Shown here: piece after piece, positions 60,520 through 64,000 of the stretch | Position numbering within the stretch: position 1 is the stretch's first letter | Layout of the letters: the number at the start of each line of letters is the position of its first letter | Source of the DNA: Desulfatiglandales bacterium | GTDB taxonomy: Bacteria; Desulfobacterota; DSM-4660; Desulfatiglandales; Desulfatiglandaceae | DNA: 64,000 bases | Assembly (NCBI GenBank): GCA_963662465.1 | Contig: OY759599.1 | Span: forward strand, 1,952,001 to 2,016,000 | Direction: 5' to 3' | Program-made: the position numbers and the translations under genes | Notes under the pieces: generated by a model | The model's input: only the letters and a program-made list of their open reading frames with translations | The model's database searches: none | What the model was told of the DNA's origin: nothing

Positions 60520-62529
60520 ATGTTAAACGAAAAAAATACCCATAAGTCCAATCCTCTTCCAAGCCCCCTTGAGGAAAGAATTCAGCAATTGAAGCAAGGC
60601 GAGCATCTTTTCGGCGCCCTTGCGGAAAAATTGGGGGACATTTTGTGGTATATGGACCTGGATTTGCGGACTCGCTACATAAGTCCCACCATTTACGGCA
60701 CGCTGGGCTTTACGCCGGCGGAGTGGATGGCCCGACCACTGCAAACGCATATGACCCCGGCATCCTTCAACCACGCATTGGAAATCTTTCAAACGGAGCT
60801 GGAACGGGAGCAAACGGCGGCGACGGACCCAGACAGGGCCGTTCAACTGGAGACGGAATATCTTCACCGAAACGGGAGTACCCTCTGGTTTCAAAATACG
60901 GTGGTGGGGATAAGGGACAAAACGGGGCATATGGTGGGTCTTCACGGCATTTCCCGAGAGATCACCAAACAGAAGCACGCCGAGGAAGAATCCGCCCGGA
61001 AATCCATGGAAAGACGACTCCTGCTGGATACCATTCCCATCCAAATCTGGTACTTGACCGACCCTGTGACCTACGGCGCCGTCAACAAAGCCCATGCGGA
61101 TTTCCTGGGCGTCAACCCGAAGGATCTGGCCTATGGTCGGATTGAGAATTTCCGACCTCCGGAAATAGTTCAGATGTGCAAAGCGGGCAACAGGGAAGTA
61201 TTCCAAACGGGGAAACCCATTCATACCAAAGAGTGGATGAAAGATTCCCGGGGAGAGGCGCGGCTCATCGCCGTCGCCAAGACCCCCAGGCTGAATGAAA
61301 CAGGAGAAGTGCAGTACGTGGTGTGCGCCGGCACGGATATCACGGAGGAAACCAGACGTCATGAAATAGCGCTGCGGCTCAATCAGCTTGAAAAAACCGA
61401 CAGCCTGGGTCGCATGGCCGGGGCCATTGCCCACCATTTCAACAACCAGCTCAGCGTAGTATTGGGCAACCTAGAACTGGCCATGGATCAGATGCCGTCT
61501 GATGCGATTTCCCGGGATAATATGGTTGAGGCCCAACGGGCCGCCAGGCGGGGAGCGGACCTGAGCAGCCGGATGCTCACCTACCTGGGCCAGACCCCCG
61601 CCAGGCAGGAACCCCTGGAACTTTGCGAAACCTGTCGTCGCATTCTGCCCATGCTTCAGGTAGCCTTACCACTTCATGTACAACTGGAAACCGATTTTCC
61701 CTCTCCTGGACCGGTCATCCAAGGCAATGCCAACCAGGTCCAGCAGGTTCTAACGAATCTCCTCACCAATGCCTGGGAAGCGATGGGCGAAACCCCCGGC
61801 ACGATCTTTTTGACCATCAAAATTATGCCGGCCAGGGACCTTCCAGCAACACACTTCCCCATCGACTGGAAACCGGCCCTTTCCGCCTACGCCTGTCTGG
61901 AAGTCAGGGATACCGGCTGCGGAATGGCCATTGATACCATTGACCGGGTTTTTGACCCGTTTTATACGGACAAATTCACCGGCAGGGGATTGGGGTTGCC
62001 CGTGGTTCTGGGATTGGTCAAGGCCTCTAACGGCGCCATCAGCGTGGAAAGCGCACCCAATGAAGGGAGCATTTTCCGGGTGTTCTGGCCCTTATCCATG
62101 GAAAAATCCATTCGTCCATCCGAAACCCTGAGGGACATCCAGGAGATTGAAGGGGGTGGAACGGTACTCCTGGTAGACGACGAGGCCATGTTGCGGAAGA
62201 TGGGTCGTCTCATGCTGGAGCACCTGGGTTTTACGGCACTGACGGCGCCCACCGGCGAGGAAGCCCTGGATGTTTTCCGAGAACATCCTCACGACATTCG
62301 ATGCGTCATCACCGATCTGAGCATGCCTGGCCTGAATGGCTGGGAAACCCTGGCGGCCCTCCGGAAGATAGCACCGGATTTGCCCGTGATTCTCGCCAGC
62401 GGCTACGACGAAGCCACCGTCATGGGAGAAGACCATGCTGAACGTCCCCAGGCTTTTCTGAGCAAACCCTATTCCCTGAAAGACCTGAAAGCAGCCCTGG
62501 GACGGACCCTCCTGAAAACAATATCCTGA
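60520..62529 (+). CDS. PAS-PAS hybrid histidine kinase with receiver
   Basis: Two PAS, AIAHHFNNQL, NLLTNAWEA, DTGCG, GRGLGL, LVDDE/TDLSMP/SKP. Confidence 0.92.
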   Translation: MLNEKNTHKSNPLPSPLEERIQQLKQGEHLFGALAEKLGDILWYMDLDLRTRYISPTIYGTLGFTPAEWMARPLQTHMTPASFNHALEIFQTELEREQTAATDPDRAVQLETEYLHRNGSTLWFQNTVVGIRDKTGHMVGLHGISREITKQKHAEEESARKSMERRLLLDTIPIQIWYLTDPVTYGAVNKAHADFLGVNPKDLAYGRIENFRPPEIVQMCKAGNREVFQTGKPIHTKEWMKDSRGEARLIAVAKTPRLNETGEVQYVVCAGTDITEETRRHEIALRLNQLEKTDSLGRMAGAIAHHFNNQLSVVLGNLELAMDQMPSDAISRDNMVEAQRAARRGADLSSRMLTYLGQTPARQEPLELCETCRRILPMLQVALPLHVQLETDFPSPGPVIQGNANQVQQVLTNLLTNAWEAMGETPGTIFLTIKIMPARDLPATHFPIDWKPALSAYACLEVRDTGCGMAIDTIDRVFDPFYTDKFTGRGLGLPVVLGLVKASNGAISVESAPNEGSIFRVFWPLSMEKSIRPSETLRDIQEIEGGGTVLLVDDEAMLRKMGRLMLEHLGFTALTAPTGEEALDVFREHPHDIRCVITDLSMPGLNGWETLAALRKIAPDLPVILASGYDEATVMGEDHAERPQAFLSKPYSLKDLKAALGRTLLKTIS

Positions 62530-62612
62530 GGGGTCACAACCATGATGCCATCCGGTATCCAACTTGATCTGAAAATCATTTTAATGGTTCCAAAACATGA
62601 GGAGAAACCGCC

Positions 62613-63605
62613 TTGCCGGCAATGATTCGCACCCATAGGGTTATAGCGTTAACCGCCATGATCGTCCTCTCGGCGATCTTTTTTCAGGCCCGGGGGATCC
62701 CCGAAACCCTCGCCATTGAACGGGATAAGGACCTCTCCTGCTGGCAGGGCACAGTCCGAAATACATTGTTGGATTATATTGATGATGTTTCAACGCCCGG
62801 ATCAAAAAAATTCATCCCCGCAAAAGACCGTATTGCCGTCTTTGATATGGACGGCACGCTCATGAGCGAAAGGCCCTTGGCTTTTGTCTTTGAAGCGACC
62901 CTGTGCTACCTGGCGCGACACAAAGCGGCATTATCCGCAAAAGGCCCCCGGTTTGAAGCCCTCTGTGAAGCCGCCGAAAAGCTGGATATCAAGTATCTGC
63001 GCAAAAACCTGGACCAAACCTTCGTTCTTCCGTTTGAAGGAAAAACCTTTGCCTTTTACAAAAGCTGGTGCCTGAACCTGTTTGAAACGGAAACTAATCC
63101 CCTCAAAAACCGACCGCAAAAAGATTTGATATACAAACCCATGATAGAACTCATCGATCTGCTCCACAAGCACGGTTTTCAGGTCTATGTGGTGTCGGGT
63201 TCCATGCAATTTGCCATCATGGCCATTTCTGAAAAATACCTGCATGTGGATGAAAGCCGGTGCATCGGAAGCATGGCGCAGGCCACGGCAAAAAAAGACG
63301 GGGATCGGATCGTTTTTCTTCGCGGGAAAATTCAACCACCCCCCAATGTCAGAAGTGGAAAGGCCGTCCGCATCATGATGAGAACCGGACAAGCGCCGGT
63401 ACTCGCCTTCGGCAACTCACCCGGGGATACCTGGATGCTGAACTTTACCGCTTCATCCCCCTACCACCACATGGCCTTTGTGCTGGACCACGATGATCCT
63501 CGGGAATTCGTCTACCGAAAACCCGAATTTCTGAAAACGGCACGCGATGAAAACTGGGTTATCATCAGCATGAAGGAAAACTTCAAGACCGTTTACGGCG
63601 AGTAA
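62613..63605 (+). CDS. Secreted HAD-family phosphatase
   Basis: Signal-like N-terminus, VFDMDGTL, VVSGS, GK, FGNSPGD; start may be ATG at 62622. Confidence 0.85.
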   Translation: MPAMIRTHRVIALTAMIVLSAIFFQARGIPETLAIERDKDLSCWQGTVRNTLLDYIDDVSTPGSKKFIPAKDRIAVFDMDGTLMSERPLAFVFEATLCYLARHKAALSAKGPRFEALCEAAEKLDIKYLRKNLDQTFVLPFEGKTFAFYKSWCLNLFETETNPLKNRPQKDLIYKPMIELIDLLHKHGFQVYVVSGSMQFAIMAISEKYLHVDESRCIGSMAQATAKKDGDRIVFLRGKIQPPPNVRSGKAVRIMMRTGQAPVLAFGNSPGDTWMLNFTASSPYHHMAFVLDHDDPREFVYRKPEFLKTARDENWVIISMKENFKTVYGE

Positions 63606-63677
63606 GGACAAAAGAAAAGAAGAGGCAAAAACAAGAAAATCGAGTCTCTTAAAACAGCCGCCGAAATATTCCTATGG

Positions 63678-64000
63678 GGGACCAAAACGTCAATGTCGGC
63701 CAGTCTACCGGATGGCACGGCCTTTTACGTTGCCATCCAAGCTTATAACGACGTCGGCAAAAGCGGATATTCCAATATCGAGTATTTTGTTATTACTTCG
63801 ACTGACTTCACAATAATGACAAACCCGACAGACAGCGAAATTCTATCGGCTACAGGAAGTGACGGGACTACCATCCACTACTACGGCGACCGCGACGACG
63901 ATGGCATACCAACGAACATTGACCGCTTCGACGTGGTGGATACCGACGGAACGTCGACTATGATTCAGTTGGACTCGGAAAGCCGTCCCAAGAGAATGCG
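63678..64000 (+). pseudogene. 5'-truncated extracellular protein fragment (FN3-like C-terminal strands), running off the window end
   Basis: Open frame GTKTSMSASLPDGTAFYVAIQAYNDVGKSGYSNIEYF...DRDDDG; no intact N-terminus. Confidence 0.45.

Overview
Bacterial DNA, most consistent with an anaerobic Desulfobacterota (deltaproteobacterial) genome; this is inferred from the gene families present. (1) 1-25.1 kb is a dense signalling region of two convergent clusters. The + cluster is cheR-cheB-(methyl-accepting coiled-coil PAS kinase)-RR-kaiB-(REC-PAS-HD-GYP). The - cluster is a Wsp/ACF-like chemosensory operon: cheW-cheR(TPR)-cheW-mcp-cheA(REC)-cheB-REC-(REC-PAS kinase)-RR-solute-binding protein-mcp-kaiB-(REC-PAS-PAS-HisKA-REC-GGDEF). 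Each cluster ends in a KaiB followed directly by a c-di-GMP enzyme of opposite activity, and both enzymes carry the same PAS subtype. No kaiC or kaiA lies in the window. A patch of debris (HD-GYP remnant, IS110 fragment, four-helix-bundle remnant) plus a HigBA-like TA pair separates the clusters. (2) 25.3-39 kb: Ap4A phosphorylase, a REP doublet, a butyrate/isobutyrate-type acyl-CoA operon with a two-subunit B12 mutase carrying isobutyryl-CoA-mutase residues plus MeaB, and a decayed gcvT-SHMT locus. (3) 39.4-55.3 kb: accessory region with OprB, two SDRs, transposase and tail-like remnants, and several secreted or surface proteins (IPTL-CTERM beta-propeller, beta-helix protein, frameshifted heparinase II/III-like protein, interrupted metallopeptidase). 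(4) 55.3-64 kb: MscS, copA/copZ, a class III nucleotide cyclase with an atypical specificity residue, a hybrid kinase and a HAD phosphatase. No rRNA, tRNA or CRISPR array was recognised.
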